Shown in pieces: positions 24,236 to 38,246 of a DNA stretch of 64,000 nucleotides. The notes under the pieces were generated by a model. That model saw only the letters and a program-made list of their open reading frames with translations. It was not told where the DNA came from and ran no database searches. Numbering within the stretch: position 1 is the stretch's first letter; each line of letters opens with the position of its first letter. The position numbers and the translations under genes are program-made. Source of the stretch: Octopus sinensis (Eukaryota); assembly GCF_006345805.1 (NCBI RefSeq), contig NC_043005.1, forward strand, positions 106,578,001 to 106,642,000, written 5' to 3'.

Positions 24236-25866
24236 CAGTGGCGGCCAAAATGTTCAGAACGGCATTGTTTTCGTCAGAAAAGTAAGTGTAAGTCTTTATC
24301 AAAGTTGTTTTATATTCTATAATTTTCACAAACAATAAATACGATATTATTTGTTATTGTCTGAGATTTTGGTGTAATTTGAGAGGATAATACAAAAGTT
24401 ATGGATGATTTAGTGATTTACTGCAAAACCCATGGCGGCCAAAATGATCAGAACGGTTGCTTTTACTCCGTGTTTTAGTATATTTAACCGGCGAACTCTA
24501 ATGTTTTGAATTTGTTTACGTGACGGTTCATTAACTAAACATTAGTAAGAATATTTGCAGTGTACTTTGTTAATATAATGCCACTTACTCCGTTACCAAT
24601 TCCTCAGTAGATTATTAAACTTCGAAGGAAGGATAATTTAAGTATTGGATCTATTGCAAAGATTGTTAACAAGTCAAAAAGTGTTGTACACGGTATTCTT
24701 AAGGTTTACGAGATGATTGTGGTTCGTGTGAAGCAAGAAAGTTTACAGTTAGGCCAAGAAAAACGACCAAGAGAGAAGATCGTGCTATGGTAAGTTGGTT
24801 AAAAAGGACAGGTTTAAAACTGCTGCTGCTGTTTCTCGGAAAATGAGCATTGTATTGAAGAAAACTTTATCTCGAAAAACTGTGTCTCGTCGTTTAGTTG
24901 AACATGACCTACAGGCAAAGGCCACTTGCAGTGAAGCCACTGATCAGCTCCAAGAATAAAAAGTGTCGTCTTACCTTTGCAACCGAACATGTGTTGTGGT
25001 CTCAAGTAAAATGGCAAACGGTGCATTTCAGTCATGAATCTAAGTTTATGTTATTTGGCTCAGATGGGAAAAGGTACGTTCGTAGAAAAGTAGGTGAAAA
25101 AGTTTCGCCTAAATGCCTTAAGACTAGTGTTAAATTCGGTGGAAGAAGTGTCATGGTTTGGGGGATGATATCTGGAGATGGTGTGGGCCCTTTGGTGCGA
25201 ATACATGGAAAGTTAAATGCAGGAGTTTATAAACAACTTATAAAAGATCATGTCTTGCCTGTGCTGAGAAATTCAACTAAGTGACCACCCATATTCATGC
25301 AAGCAAATGCCCCATGTCACAAGGCTAAGGTGGTCATGAACTTCCTCAAGGCTGAAAAGGTTATTGTTATGGATTGGCCTGCTCAAAGCCCAGATCTCAA
25401 TCCTATTGAAAATGTATGGAATATTCTAGGAGAACGTTCGAAAACCAGAAATCCTAAAACAACTGAGCAATTATGGAATGCCCTTCAGGAAGAATGGAAT
25501 AAGATCACCCAGCAAGAAATTGAAAATTTAATTTCCTCATGCAATCGAAGATGTCAGAGTGGGATTGAAGCTAAAGGGCTTCACACTAAATATTAAATAA
25601 TTCCAGTATTCTTTGTCGCTTTTGATTATTTTGTTAATTTTTCAACCGTTCTGATCATTTTGGCCACCATGGGTTTTGCAGTAAATCACTAAATCATCCA
25701 TAACTTTTGTATTATCCTCTCAAATTACACCAAAATCTCAGACAATAACAATTAATATTGTATTTATTGCCTGTGAAAATTATAGAATACAAAACTACTT
25801 TGATAAAAACTTATACTTACTTTTCTGACGAAAACAATGCCGTTCTGAATATTTTGGCCGCAACTG
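24236..25866 (+). mobile_element. Full-length Tc1-family DNA transposon of IR/DR type, defective
   Basis: 224-bp TIRs at 24236-24459 and 25643-25866, each with outer and inner GG(C/T)GGCCAAAAT-TCAGAACGG direct repeats; TA target duplication; 1631 bp. Confidence 0.96.
24578..25596 (+). pseudogene. Tc1 transposase pseudogene (DD34E family)
   Basis: ATG at 24578; 'FSHESKF' (D to H), 'VMVWG', 'QANAPCH' (D to A), 'WPAQSPDLNPIEN' with 34-residue spacing, 'GLHTKY*'; internal stops and frameshifts. Confidence 0.93.
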
Positions 25867-25894
25867 TATATACATACATGTATATATATACATA

Positions 25895-26115
25895 GTGAAA
25901 CTATCTATAACTTACTTCGTCGAAAGTTTCACTTTTATTCTTCGAGTTTTGAGACATAAATACGGAAACAGAGCCAATGTTACATTGCTTTAAATATAAT
26001 AAAAATTACATTTTGACACCCCTGGTGTCTCATAGTATTATCATGTAAAATTTTACTTGATTTGGTTAAGCCGTTTCAGAATGCATTGGAAACACACAGA
26101 GAAACAAAGGATAAC
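25895..26115 (-). mobile_element. Possible non-autonomous Helitron/HINE-like remnant
   Basis: 'AAAATTTTACTTGATTTGGTTAAGCCGTTTC..AAACACACAGAGAAACA' resembles the reverse complement of HINE 5' cores; single copy here. Confidence 0.3.
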
Positions 26116-26149
<34 letters not shown>

Positions 26150-26181
26150 ATTATATTATATTATATTATATCATATTATAT

Positions 26182-26530
26182 TATATATAAAATTCGTTCT
26201 GTCTGTCTGTGTGTGTGTCTTCTAGGATCTCGGGCACCTCCATCCGATGGAGCTGAAATTTGATATGTAGATACCGCCGGTATCAGGGCGTGTATAAGTC
26301 TTGAAAAATATTACAAAAATCGATTCCAGGTGAGAATGCTATCGATAAAGCCGTGGGAACATGCATTTGTACGCGCAAGTACATCAGCTGTTCCAATCGA
26401 TACTACGCGTACGCGAGAAAAATGCCCGTGGAGTTTGCGCAAAAAAAGTCGGCTGGCTTTGTCTTGAGAAAATTTGTTTAAATGTTTGACAATCAGCACC
26501 GTCCATTGTACGGTGGGCGTTTTGCGCGTT
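26182..26530 (+). mobile_element. Non-autonomous Helitron/HINE-like element
   Basis: 5' TATATAAAATTCG followed by (CTGT)n, core CCGATGGAGCTGAAATTTG, subterminal hairpin CACCGT-N7-ACGGTG (26497-26515) about 15 nt from the 3' end, in (TA)n. Confidence 0.5.
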
Positions 26531-26535
26531 TATAT

Positions 26536-26587
<52 letters not shown>

Positions 26588-26639
26588 GTTTATGTTTTCC
26601 AGTTTCAGCTCTTGAACTGTGGTCATGCTGATATATATA

Positions 26640-26685
<46 letters not shown>

Positions 26686-26872
26686 TTACCTCCCTTTTAT
26701 TTATCTACTTGTGAAGCCATTCACTCGTGAATTTCATCACAAACAGCATGGACAAAATTTCCTCTTAAGAAAAAATTCATATTCAATAAGTAAAACAAAG
26801 TATCATGAATAGCGATAGCGAAACCGGTTGATATATTAAAAATTATGTAAATGTGCGTATTTTCCTTTTTTA

Positions 26873-26911
<39 letters not shown>

Positions 26912-27119
26912 CACTGGTAGTTCATTTAGTATTGGTTGTGGTGGTCATGGTTCGGAGCAACTTTTAGATGTTAATATAATGATGATTGATGTGATGATTC
27001 AGGTATTGATGCTTGTGTCACCAGATGGCGTAGTGCATGTAATTGTAGAGATACTATTAATGTTGGCGGTAGATGCGGTTGTAGCCCTGAGAAATGTAGT
27101 GGGGATATAGTGACAGACG

Positions 27120-27174
27120 AAGTAGCAGTATAGTAGTAGTAGCAGCAGCAACAGCAGTAGCAATAGTAATGTTT

Positions 27175-27219
<45 letters not shown>

Positions 27220-27336
27220 ATGGTGGTGGTGGTGGTTGTGGTGGTAGTATTAGTAGTGGTAGTAGTAGTAGTAGAAGTAGTGGCGGCGGTGGTGATGGTG
27301 GTGGTGGTTGTGGTGGTAGTATTAGTAGTAGTAGTG

Positions 27337-27370
<34 letters not shown>

Positions 27371-27620
27371 AAGTAGTGGCGGTGGTGGTGATGGTGGTGG
27401 TGGTGGTTGTGGTGGTAGTATTAGTAGTAGTAGTGGTAGTAGTAGTAGGTGTTATTGTTATTTGTTGTTGTCACATTGAAAGATGTAGCAGTAGTGAATG
27501 TTTATGCAACATTTAGTGGTAGTAGTAGTGGTAGTAGTAGTAGTAGTAGTTGTGGAGGCGGTGGTATTGTGGTGGTCGTGTGGGTGATAGTTACAGTGGG
27601 GGTTGTGGTTGTGATAGATG
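27120..27620 (+). repeat. (GTA)n/(GTG)n trinucleotide tract
   Basis: Direct reading. Confidence 0.9.
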
Positions 27621-27896
27621 TGGATGAAAGTAACACTGTTTGTTTCAGTTTCGAAAATGATTTGAAAAGAAAATACTTGATAAAAAAGAGAAAGAAAAAA
27701 ATACGAAGAATGTGTAAGACAATTCCTTTGGCAGAATCGCAGAACATTCCTCTTGACGTGCTCTTATACAATAAAGAGCAGAATTGAATTCTTTAGAAGT
27801 GTCTTCAGACAGTTACATGCTAGGTGCGGGCTATCTTATCAGGAAAGACAATAGCGATTGGACGTAAAGACACACAAGTGGTGGAGAATAGAGTAA

Positions 27897-27945
<49 letters not shown>

Positions 27946-28036
27946 CACACAAAACACAGACACACATACACAGACACACATACACACACACACATATCTA
28001 CATATACATAATATATATATATATATATATATATAC

Positions 28037-28073
<37 letters not shown>

Positions 28074-28369
28074 GTATATATACATAAATATATATATATT
28101 ATGTATATATACATATATAAAAATATATATGTGTGTGCATATGTATGTATATATATATATATATATATACACACACATACCTATATACATATTAATGCAT
28201 ATACAGATACATTGATTTATACACATATATACATTTATAAGAATGTATACATTTAAAGTAAGATATATATATATATATGTATATATATAAACATATACAT
28301 ATCTTTAGATATTGCAAATGACCACAAAATAACGACAATAACAGTGATGATTATATTGAAGAAGAGAAT

Positions 28370-28610
28370 GATGGAGGTGTTGGTGGTGGTGGTTGTGCTG
28401 GTGCGCATACAAGGGAAATCACAGTTGGGTTGGTGCGAGAGATGTGGCAGTAATAACAGTTGTTCCGGGGATGTAGGTAGTGGTTCTATTGCCTGATGAG
28501 CAGTATGATGACTACTATGATGCTCATGAATTCGATGACTATGGTGATGATGATGATGATGACGATGATGCTGTTGATGCTGATGATGAGAATGATGATG
28601 ATGATGCTGG

Positions 28611-28641
<31 letters not shown>

Positions 28642-28920
28642 AATGATGTTGATGATGGTGGTGTTGATGATGAGAATGATGATGATGATAATGATGCTGG
28701 TGGTGCTGATGATAAAAATGATGATGATGATGATGATGATGACGACGATGGTGATGCGGAGGATGAGAGCAATGACAGCAAAAATCATGATGATGATGAT
28801 GATGACGGTGATTATGATGATGATGGTGACAAGGATGACAATGTCTGTGAGGATTACGACAGTGATGATGATGAGGAGGAGGAAGAGGATAATGGCAACA
28901 ACGATGACGGACAATGGAAA
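28370..28920 (+). repeat. Degenerate (GAT)n tract
   Basis: Direct reading; gives poly-D, poly-M and poly-H pseudo-ORFs in several frames. Confidence 0.9.
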
Positions 28921-29122
28921 TGAAGGAGGAAAAAATGTAGAAAATCTTCATATTTTCATGAAAAATGACACAAAAGTGAAAATATAGTAAAACAGGAAAT
29001 AAATAAAACAATAAAATAAATAAAAGTGATATCATGGGGGAAGAGAAGTAAAAAATAGAAGTAGGCAAGAATATATATACATATATCATAATATTATATA
29101 TATATATACATATATATCTACA

Positions 29123-29184
<62 letters not shown>

Positions 29185-29188
<4 letters not shown>

Positions 29189-29320
29189 AAATATGGTGAG
29201 ATAAAAATGAATTGGTTGTCGAAAAAGATGTAATTTCTCTCTTTCTTTTTTATTTATTATTTCAAGAGACTTCTACTTTATTTGCCCTCGATAAGATAGA
29301 AATAATAAAGAAAGAATAAA
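29185..29320 (+). repeat. Short interspersed repeat of about 130 bp next to (TA)n, copy 2
   Basis: Near-identical to 21891-22016. Confidence 0.8.
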
Positions 29321-30192
29321 ATGCTATATGAAAATAAGCAAAGAAAAAGAAAGAGACACACGAAAAAGAAGGAAATAAAAGGATGAGAAAAAGCACATAA
29401 TTATAATAAAAGCTGATATGCATCTAAAGAGTATATATTGATTCAAGGAGAAAGCTCCTTCAGTGAAAAAACAATTTACTGGGTGTGAAAGATAACTAAA
29501 GTTATACAATGCTATTATAGAGATACTTTTGAGAAATAATATTGTATCTTGTCCTTTTTTTTCTAAAGAGACTTGCAGCGAAGTAATTAAAGTACAAGCA
29601 TGAGGGCTTACCCGCATTAATGGACCCAAAACATATTGCCTAGAAGCTTCTAGTTTAGTTTAGTTGCTATATAATTTCAAACAGTAACTTGAAATGTGCA
29701 ATAAATTTGAATTATTAATCTGTGTGTGTGTATGAATGTCTATATGTATATATATATATGTGTTTGTATATGTGTGTGTGTATGTATATATACATATGTA
29801 TATGTATATATATATATATGTTTTTATGTGTAAATATATATATATATACATATATACTCTCACAAACATTAATACATATGAATATGCATATATATATTTT
29901 AGTGTATATACATAAATATATGTATGAGAATATTTATATATATGTACCTCTATGTTTATATATGTGTGTTTGTGTGTGTTTCACACATATATGCGCTTAT
30001 ATATACATATCTATAATATGTATGTATACATAATATAAAAATATATGTATGTATATATATGTATTTGTATATTATATATATATTATATATATATAGCATG
30101 CATTTATACATATAATATCTCTGTATATATATATATTATATATTATATATATATAGATTATATATATAATATATATATACATCATATATATA

Positions 30193-30236
<44 letters not shown>

Positions 30237-31429
30237 CATATAATATATACATATGTATATATCACTGATATATTCAGGCAAGTATTTACTGCATCATAGA
30301 AGAGCTAATATGATCCTTGCTGCCTCGTAGCAACCAACCAGATAAAGAACACAAGAAAAAAAAATTACACTTTTGAAATATTAGCTTTCTCTTCTCTCAT
30401 AAATTTGCTCGTTATCAATGGTGGGAAATGAGTTGGTGCAATGCCTTGTGGGTAATAATAAAGGAGAATTTTGAGATGTCCTAATCAGTGTTATGTCTTT
30501 ATGAAAGAGTAAGTAAATACATGCCGTGTGTGTGTGTGTGTGTAGCACTATGTGATTGTATTTGTGTGTATTTATGAATATATCTGATTCTGTGCATGTG
30601 AGAATATGCGTGAAGGATGTATGAACATGCGTAATTGTTCATGTGATTGCATACAGGAGTGCATGTGTGACTGCGTGTCTGTACAATTTGAGGAATGAAC
30701 TAAAAAATATATTTGACATGAGACAAAAGCATGTAACAATAATTCATTAAATAATGATCAAAGAATGCTGTAAGGAATCAAGTACCCAAGAACTGGTACC
30801 TAACTAAACAGCCATACGATTCCTCTCAAAAGACCATCTTTTTTCTACATACCAAAATAGCTTTAAAAAGAACTTCCTCGCTGTAGTATTTCGCATTCAG
30901 TTTTAGCCCCAGGTCAGTGCTGATGGAGTAGATCCAATTTGAAAGACATTCCAACCATGGCAGTCTTGCCTTTTTTAATAATACACTCAACTAATTTGTC
31001 CATTGTATTATTCATAATTTAAAATGTGAATGTAGGGACTTGATAGTGATGTAGTAATTTATTTTATAAAATGCATATGATCACAGAAAAGGACATACAT
31101 AAACATAGTTCTATGTTTATGTGTGTGTGTGTGTGTGTATATACAAATATATATATATATATATCATTAATTTTAAAAAATGAAGAAAAAGCAAGAAATA
31201 ACGACAATACAAGGACATGGTACATGCAAAGTATTCATAAAATGCTCAGGGAAGGGTGCTTTATATTTTGAGCAAAGCTCTTCTTCAGAAAGAGGAGACA
31301 AAGGAAAGTCCAAGAGAAAAGATAGACTTGAAAAAATTGCCAACAATCTGCATGTAGTTACATTTAATGTACATTTATATATACATATATAAATATACAT
31401 ACATAAATATGTAGCAGCAACACTTCAAG

Positions 31430-31700
31430 ATAACCTAACTGAAAATAAATATTACTTTGGGTGTGAAGGTGATTTCAAAAGACATTATGCAAACCATTTA
31501 TCTTCTTCCTGAGATATTGGCAAAATTGTTCTAGCCACTTATGGAGTTTGTAGACCAACTGCACACCACATAAAATCAAGTAGAAAATCATAGAAAAATT
31601 CATGCCATATGCTCATGAATCTAAGAAATGCAACTTATGTATAAAGGCCATATGTTACTTTAGTTCTACAATTATTGAAATCCAGATCTGAAATTTTCAG
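31430..31700 (+). mobile_element. Penelope-like GIY-YIG remnant
   Basis: 'YFGCEGDFKRHYANHLSS' and, in another frame, 'IIEKFMPYAHESKKCNLCIK' match the PLE endonuclease pattern 'YIG..E..FK.RY.NH..SF..KW.I....Y...K.CNLC'. Confidence 0.6.
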
Positions 31701-32191
31701 TAATGTAAATATATGGACAAATTTCTTTTAGTGAACTGGATGACACCACACTTTCCTGAATGAGCAGTGGTCTCGCAGTCTTTGGATCCATTTCCAGTGA
31801 ATTATTCAACAACAAGTAGTTCAATTGTGGCTTTATGCTAAAATAGAACACAGCTCTAATTGTCTTTCTTTTCTTGATGACAATAACAACAAAAACAACA
31901 GCAGCAGCAACAAGAACAACGATAATAGTATCAGGAATGATGATGGATATATTATATGTATATATATATATAAATATATATACATATAATATAGGGAATT
32001 TTGTCAGTGAACAGGTCACGGTCTCAAAGCGACAAAAATATCTTGATAAATTAAATTTAAATGTTGAAGTGAATCTAACGGTTTTTGTGTGTTTCTTAAA
32101 TGGCTTATAAACACCTTCCATGCTGCAATTGTTTTCGTTTCAGCACATGATCTCAGATCAGGTCACTTGCTATGCAAATACATCTCTTTAA

Positions 32192-32227
<36 letters not shown>

Positions 32228-32233
<6 letters not shown>

Positions 32234-32369
32234 TCACGGTGTTGTGGGTGTTAGGAAGGGCATCCAGCTGTAGAAACTCTGCCAGATCAAGATTGGTGCA
32301 GCCATCTGGTTCGCCAGCTCTCAGTCAAAATGATCCAACCCATGGAAAGCGGATGTTAAACGATGATGA
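32228..32369 (+). mobile_element. RTE 3'-UTR-derived fragment ending in (GAT)n
   Basis: GTTAGGAAGGGCATCCAGCTGTAGAAAC..CCAACCCATG..GGATGTTAAACGATGATGAT; same tail as 42272-42627, 43545-43820 and 45563-45930. Confidence 0.8.
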
Positions 32370-32419
32370 TAATATATATGTCATATAAAGACATAAAGAG
32401 AGAGGTAGGGAGATAAATA

Positions 32420-32690
<271 letters not shown>

Positions 32691-32906
32691 AAACCCATCT
32701 TGGTTGAATCAGTTGGCTGAGTTTCCTTGTTTCACTGTTTCACTTGACACTTTTCTGACTAATTTGCACTTTCTATAATAAAAGGGAGAGTGCATCTTTA
32801 TCAAGATAATGATGTTACTATGTTCAGAGACACATTCAAACTCTATGTTGGCTTGAGAGATAGGATTTTTCTCTTTCCATTTCCATGCAATCTCCCTGCT
32901 GCTGGT

Positions 32907-33328
32907 TACTTTTACTTTTACTTGTTTCACTCCTGTGACTGTGGCCATGCTGGAGCACCACCTTTAGTCGAGCAAATCGACCCCAGGACTTATTCTTTGC
33001 AAGCCTAGTACTTATTCTATCGGTCTCTTTTGCCAAACCGCTAAGTTACGGGGATGTAAACACAACACCATCGGTTGTCAAGCAATGTTGGGGGGAGGGA
33101 CAAACACAGACACACAAACATATACACACACACATACATATATATAATATATATATATATATACATATATACGACAGGCTTCTTTCAGTTTCCGTCTACC
33201 AAATCCACTCACAAGGCTTTGGTCGGCCCGAGGCTATAGTAGAAGACACTTGCCCAAGATGCCATGCAGTTGGACTGAACCTGGAACAATGTGGTTCGTA
33301 AGCAAGCTATTTACCATACAGCCACTCT
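32907..33328 (-). mobile_element. OR-type SINE, full length
   Basis: Reverse-complement homology to 7106-7513. Confidence 0.9.
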
Positions 33329-33634
33329 TACGCCTATATGTTCTAAACATAATAATTTGTTAAAACTGCTTTTCTTTAGAGCCTTCATATAGTGCAGAAA
33401 GGTTCAATGATACATGTTTTTGCCTGAGAATAAACTGGACATCTATTAACTAATGCTCAAACATAGTACTGCATAGTGTTTGCATGGTTCCGAAATGTGT
33501 TTCTGAACACCAGGTGTAAGTTTCATTCCGACCACATGGCATGTTCACTTAAGCAACTATGTTGTACTATAGCCCTGGCCAACCAAAGCCTTCTGAGTGA
33601 ACCTGAAAAAGACCCTGCATGTGTGTGTGTGTAA

Positions 33635-34026
33635 GCATAGGAGTGACTATGTGGTAAGTAGCTCACTTACCAACCACATGGTTCCGAGTTCAGTCCTACT
33701 GCATGGCACCTTGGGCAAGTGTCTTCTACTATAGCTTCGGGCTGACCAAAGCCTTGTGAGTGGATTTGGTAGCCGTAAACTGAGAGAAGCCTGTCGTATA
33801 TATATGTATATATATATGTGTGTGTGTGTGTTTGTCCCCCCAACATCTCTTGACAACCGATGCTAGTGTGTTTACGGCCCTGTAACTTAGCAGTTTGGCA
33901 AAAGAGACTGATAGAATAAGTACAAGGCTTACAAAGAATAAGTTCTGGGGTCGATTTGCTTGACTAAAAGCGGTGCTCCAGCATGGCTGCAGTCAAATGA
34001 CTGAAACAAGTAAAAAAGTAAAAGAG
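33635..34026 (+). mobile_element. OR-type SINE, full length
   Basis: Homology to 7106-7513. Confidence 0.9.
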
Positions 34027-34082
34027 ATATATAGGAATGTATGGGTGAATTTGTGTGCATCACGGAACAGGAGTGCAAATGA

Positions 34083-34388
34083 GTGTCACTTCTTCCTTCT
34101 TGAGCCATGCCTGCCTCATAAGGGCCAGTTTCCCGGTTTCTGTGGTGTATAGGTTCCCCACCTGGATGGGATGCCAGTCCATCGCAGGTGAGCTGCAAGA
34201 TGCAGCAGGAAAGAGTGAGAGAAAATCGTGGCAAGAGGGTCAGCAGAAGTTCACCATTACCTTCTGCCGGAGCCGCGTGGAGCTTAGGTGTTTCACTCAT
34301 AAACGCACACATTGCCTGGTCTGAGATTCGAAACCGCAATCCCTCAACTGCAAGTCCGCTACTCTAACCATTAGGCCATGTGCCTCCA
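34083..34388 (-). mobile_element. tRNA-derived SINE with a V-domain-like core
   Basis: Minus strand GGAGGCACATGGCCTAATGGTTAGAG..TTTCGAATC head, then CCTGCGATGGACTGGCATCCCATCCAGG, which resembles the V-SINE conserved domain. Confidence 0.75.
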
Positions 34389-36222
34389 CAAGTGAGTGTC
34401 ACTGTCATACAATCAGTGTTATTCACATCTATCATTGAAAGAAAATGTATTTGGCCATGGAGAAATATAACCTTACTTGAAAACAGGTGAGGACTCCCAA
34501 CAGGAATTGAACCTGGCTGTAGAGAATCAGCATCAGTAAACTCCATCCAACACATGCAAACATGGATAGGTGGATGTTGAAATCAGTTGGTGCAATGCCT
34601 TCAATATATATATGTTCATGTGTGTATGCATGCATAGATATATACACATGAGTATATGTGTGTGGGTTGTGTGTGCATATATATTAATATATACACAAAA
34701 CATATCTTTCTATGTATGTAAATGTATATATATATAAGCATAAACGCATGACATGTGTTTAGCATAAACACATAAACATATTTGTGTGTGTGTTTGTGTG
34801 TATGTAAGTATGCATATACATATACAAACATATACAAATAGATAGATGCATGTATTTATATATATGTTTATATATTTATATAATATATTATATAATGGAT
34901 ATACATACATATATATGTTTATATATATATATATATAAAGTGAGAGAAAGAGAGTAAGAAAGAGAGAAGAGAAAGACATAAAAAGCTGAAACTCTTCAAA
35001 AAGTTTATTATTTTTTCCACCTTTTATGAAAATAAGACTTCAATGTTTACATCCGTGACTGGCATTTCTTTTTCTTTATTTATCCAGTTTATTTTAGAAT
35101 TATTTCAAGATATTAGTTTTGATTTCATATTATTTCCTCTGATGTGAAGCATGCCCACCACCCCCGACACCCTCCTATTGGTGCATGGTAGGACGGAAGA
35201 ATATACATATTTTTTGTGGATTTCAGAAGTTGATTCTTACTTTTCCTTTCCCTCTACCTGAAAAGCTACAAAGAAGAAAGCAAAATTATCCATGCTTAAA
35301 CACGCACAAACATGTATATACACACATACATACATGCATACATACAGACATATAAACATACATACAAGTGTGTGTGTGTATGTGTGTGTGTGTCTGTGTA
35401 ATGATTAAAATGAACTGAAAGAGAAAAAAATGAGAAAATGAATTGTATTTTTCTACAATCATAAATGTTTCTTGGATTATATAAAGTGTATAGGTAAGTA
35501 TATACCTGAAAACGAAAGAATATATACAGGAATATATTTTCCATCAATTTACATTTATATCTTTTATATTTTTCCATACTCACTTGTATAGGGTTTCAAA
35601 TATGAGCACTAAAAGTTTTATGTAACCATTTATATACACACACACACAAACACATGCACATATATATATGAATATATATGAATATTACACACACACATAT
35701 ATATATGGAGAGAGAGAGAGAGAGAGAGGGGAGGGGGAAAAGAGATGAATATTTATATAAACATATAATATATATATATATATACATCCTCACACAGAAA
35801 CGCACACATATACATATACATTTATAACATTATATATATATATGTATATATATATGTATGTATATAAGTAAAAGTAGCTGGAACTTTGGCAATTATTCAA
35901 AGTTATTGTGTAGGATTTTATATCCTCCGATGACCTTCCAGGCAAAATCAACACAGTTGTTTTGTTTTTTTACTATGAAGGTCATCAGAAAATGTGTAAG
36001 CCGACCCCAAGTAATCACAGTTCTTGTCATAATTTAAATTTACTTCACCCTTTTTACTTGTATTCAGGATTTTCTTTTCCACTCATTCATTACCAATAAA
36101 ATGTTCCTCTCTCTCTCTCTCTCTCTCTGTCTCTCTGTCCCAATCTTTCACTATCCCTTTCTGTATGCATACATACAAATATATATGATTTATAATTATA
36201 GTATCTATATTATATATCTATA

Positions 36223-36253
<31 letters not shown>

Positions 36254-37219
36254 GTATCATACATCATATATTTATACATATACATACATACACATATGTA
36301 TATGTGTATACATATATATATATATGCATATATATATATAAAATATATGAATATTTCTTTGTTTTTCAATCTTTGTAATTGCGTATATTGTACATTGTTT
36401 TTGAAATAAGATTGTCAGAGATGCTGTGCCATGTCAGGTAAGTCTGCAAGATCTAAATGTTTAAAACTATTTCAAAATGACAACATGGACCACAGAAAGA
36501 AGCAAACCGGAAAAAAGAAAAAAAACAAGAAAATTGATAGAAAAAGAAATAAACAAATACATCACAAGATAATGCAATAAACAAACAACCAAATAAAGTA
36601 GGGAAAGAAGAAGGGTAAGACAACATAGAAGTCTGCCTATAAAAATTATTCTGTAAACCCAAAACCTATATATATATATATATACATTTACACATATAAA
36701 CATATGTACATTACAAACATACATGCACACACACACACATACCACACACACAAACACATGCATATACATGTATATATACCTGAAACATTAGAAAATTGTT
36801 ATATAATCTGATAATCCGTTTTCAAAAACTAAAATTGTGGCATTTAAGTTGCCTACCTTTAATCACACAGTTATACACATAGAGAAGAAAAATCTCATAC
36901 ACTCAAACTAAAAATGTAATCTACAAATATAGAACTGAAGGTGTGTGTATATACACTCATACACACACTCGTACACCCACCCACAAACATACATATATTG
37001 ACTTGAATATAAATATATAATGATATATATATATAATATATATTCATATATATGAATGTATATAAGTATCTATATTATATGTATATTATACATATACATG
37101 CATGTATGTTATAATATATATATATTGTGTACATAGTATATATATATATATGTATATATACATAGGTGTATATATATATATATAAGTGTGTGTGTGTGTG
37201 CATATGTATATAATAATAA

Positions 37220-37251
<32 letters not shown>

Positions 37252-38048
37252 GTATAATATGTATGTGTCCATGTGTATATATATATATGTATATATATAT
37301 AGGTTATATATATTATATATATATAGATAATGTGTACACATGTATATATATATATAAACTGTATATATATATATATAGGTATATATATATATATATAATA
37401 TATATATATATATATGTAATATATATATATATATATATATATAGTATAATATTATATATATATATAATATATATATATATATATACATATATCATATATA
37501 TATATAGGTTGTATTAGAGTGCATGTGCTTTACAGTAATTTTTTTTCTGTCCTTCTGAATACGCATGCTTGTATGTATGTAAAGCTGCCATATTTATACG
37601 TACATGTGTGTGACAGAGAGAGAGAAGTAGGACATGCATACATAGCTATATATAAAAATATATAGATACACACACACACACAAACAAACACACACACACT
37701 CACATGCGCACATATATATACACATATATCTCTATATATACATGCATTAGTATATATAGTGAGACAGTGGAAGAGAGATGGGCTGAGAGAGAAAGAGAGA
37801 GAGAGAGAAAGTGTGACACTGAGCTAAAATAAAATCCTCATATGAAAATATAAGTTTTAGAAATAGTGTATATAGCACATAGAGGTAGGGCATATATTTA
37901 CTCTCATATATATTTATCTATCCATATGCACGTATATATATATATGTATATACATATATGTATATATATGTATGTATATACATATATGTATATACGTATA
38001 TATATGTATATACATATATATATGTATATATATATGTATATATATATG

Positions 38049-38084
<36 letters not shown>

Positions 38085-38208
38085 TATATTTACATATACA
38101 ATGACATGCATTAAGTAAAACTATGAGACAGGCGTGAGAGAATGAGTATGTGCCTCTATATGTGTAGTTGTATTTATATGTCTGTATCTATATATGTTTT
38201 CCTATGTT

Positions 38209-38246
<38 letters not shown>

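Noticed and set aside
28253-29089. Long ORFs encoding poly-His, poly-Asp or poly-Met (for example an acidic biomineralisation-like protein at 28480-28923)
   Set aside because: They are open in several frames on both strands because of a (GAT)n tract; no splice, promoter or domain support.
32709-32948. 79-aa minus-strand ORF as a host exon
   Set aside because: It starts inside an OR SINE tail, has no recognisable domain, and has no supporting exons.
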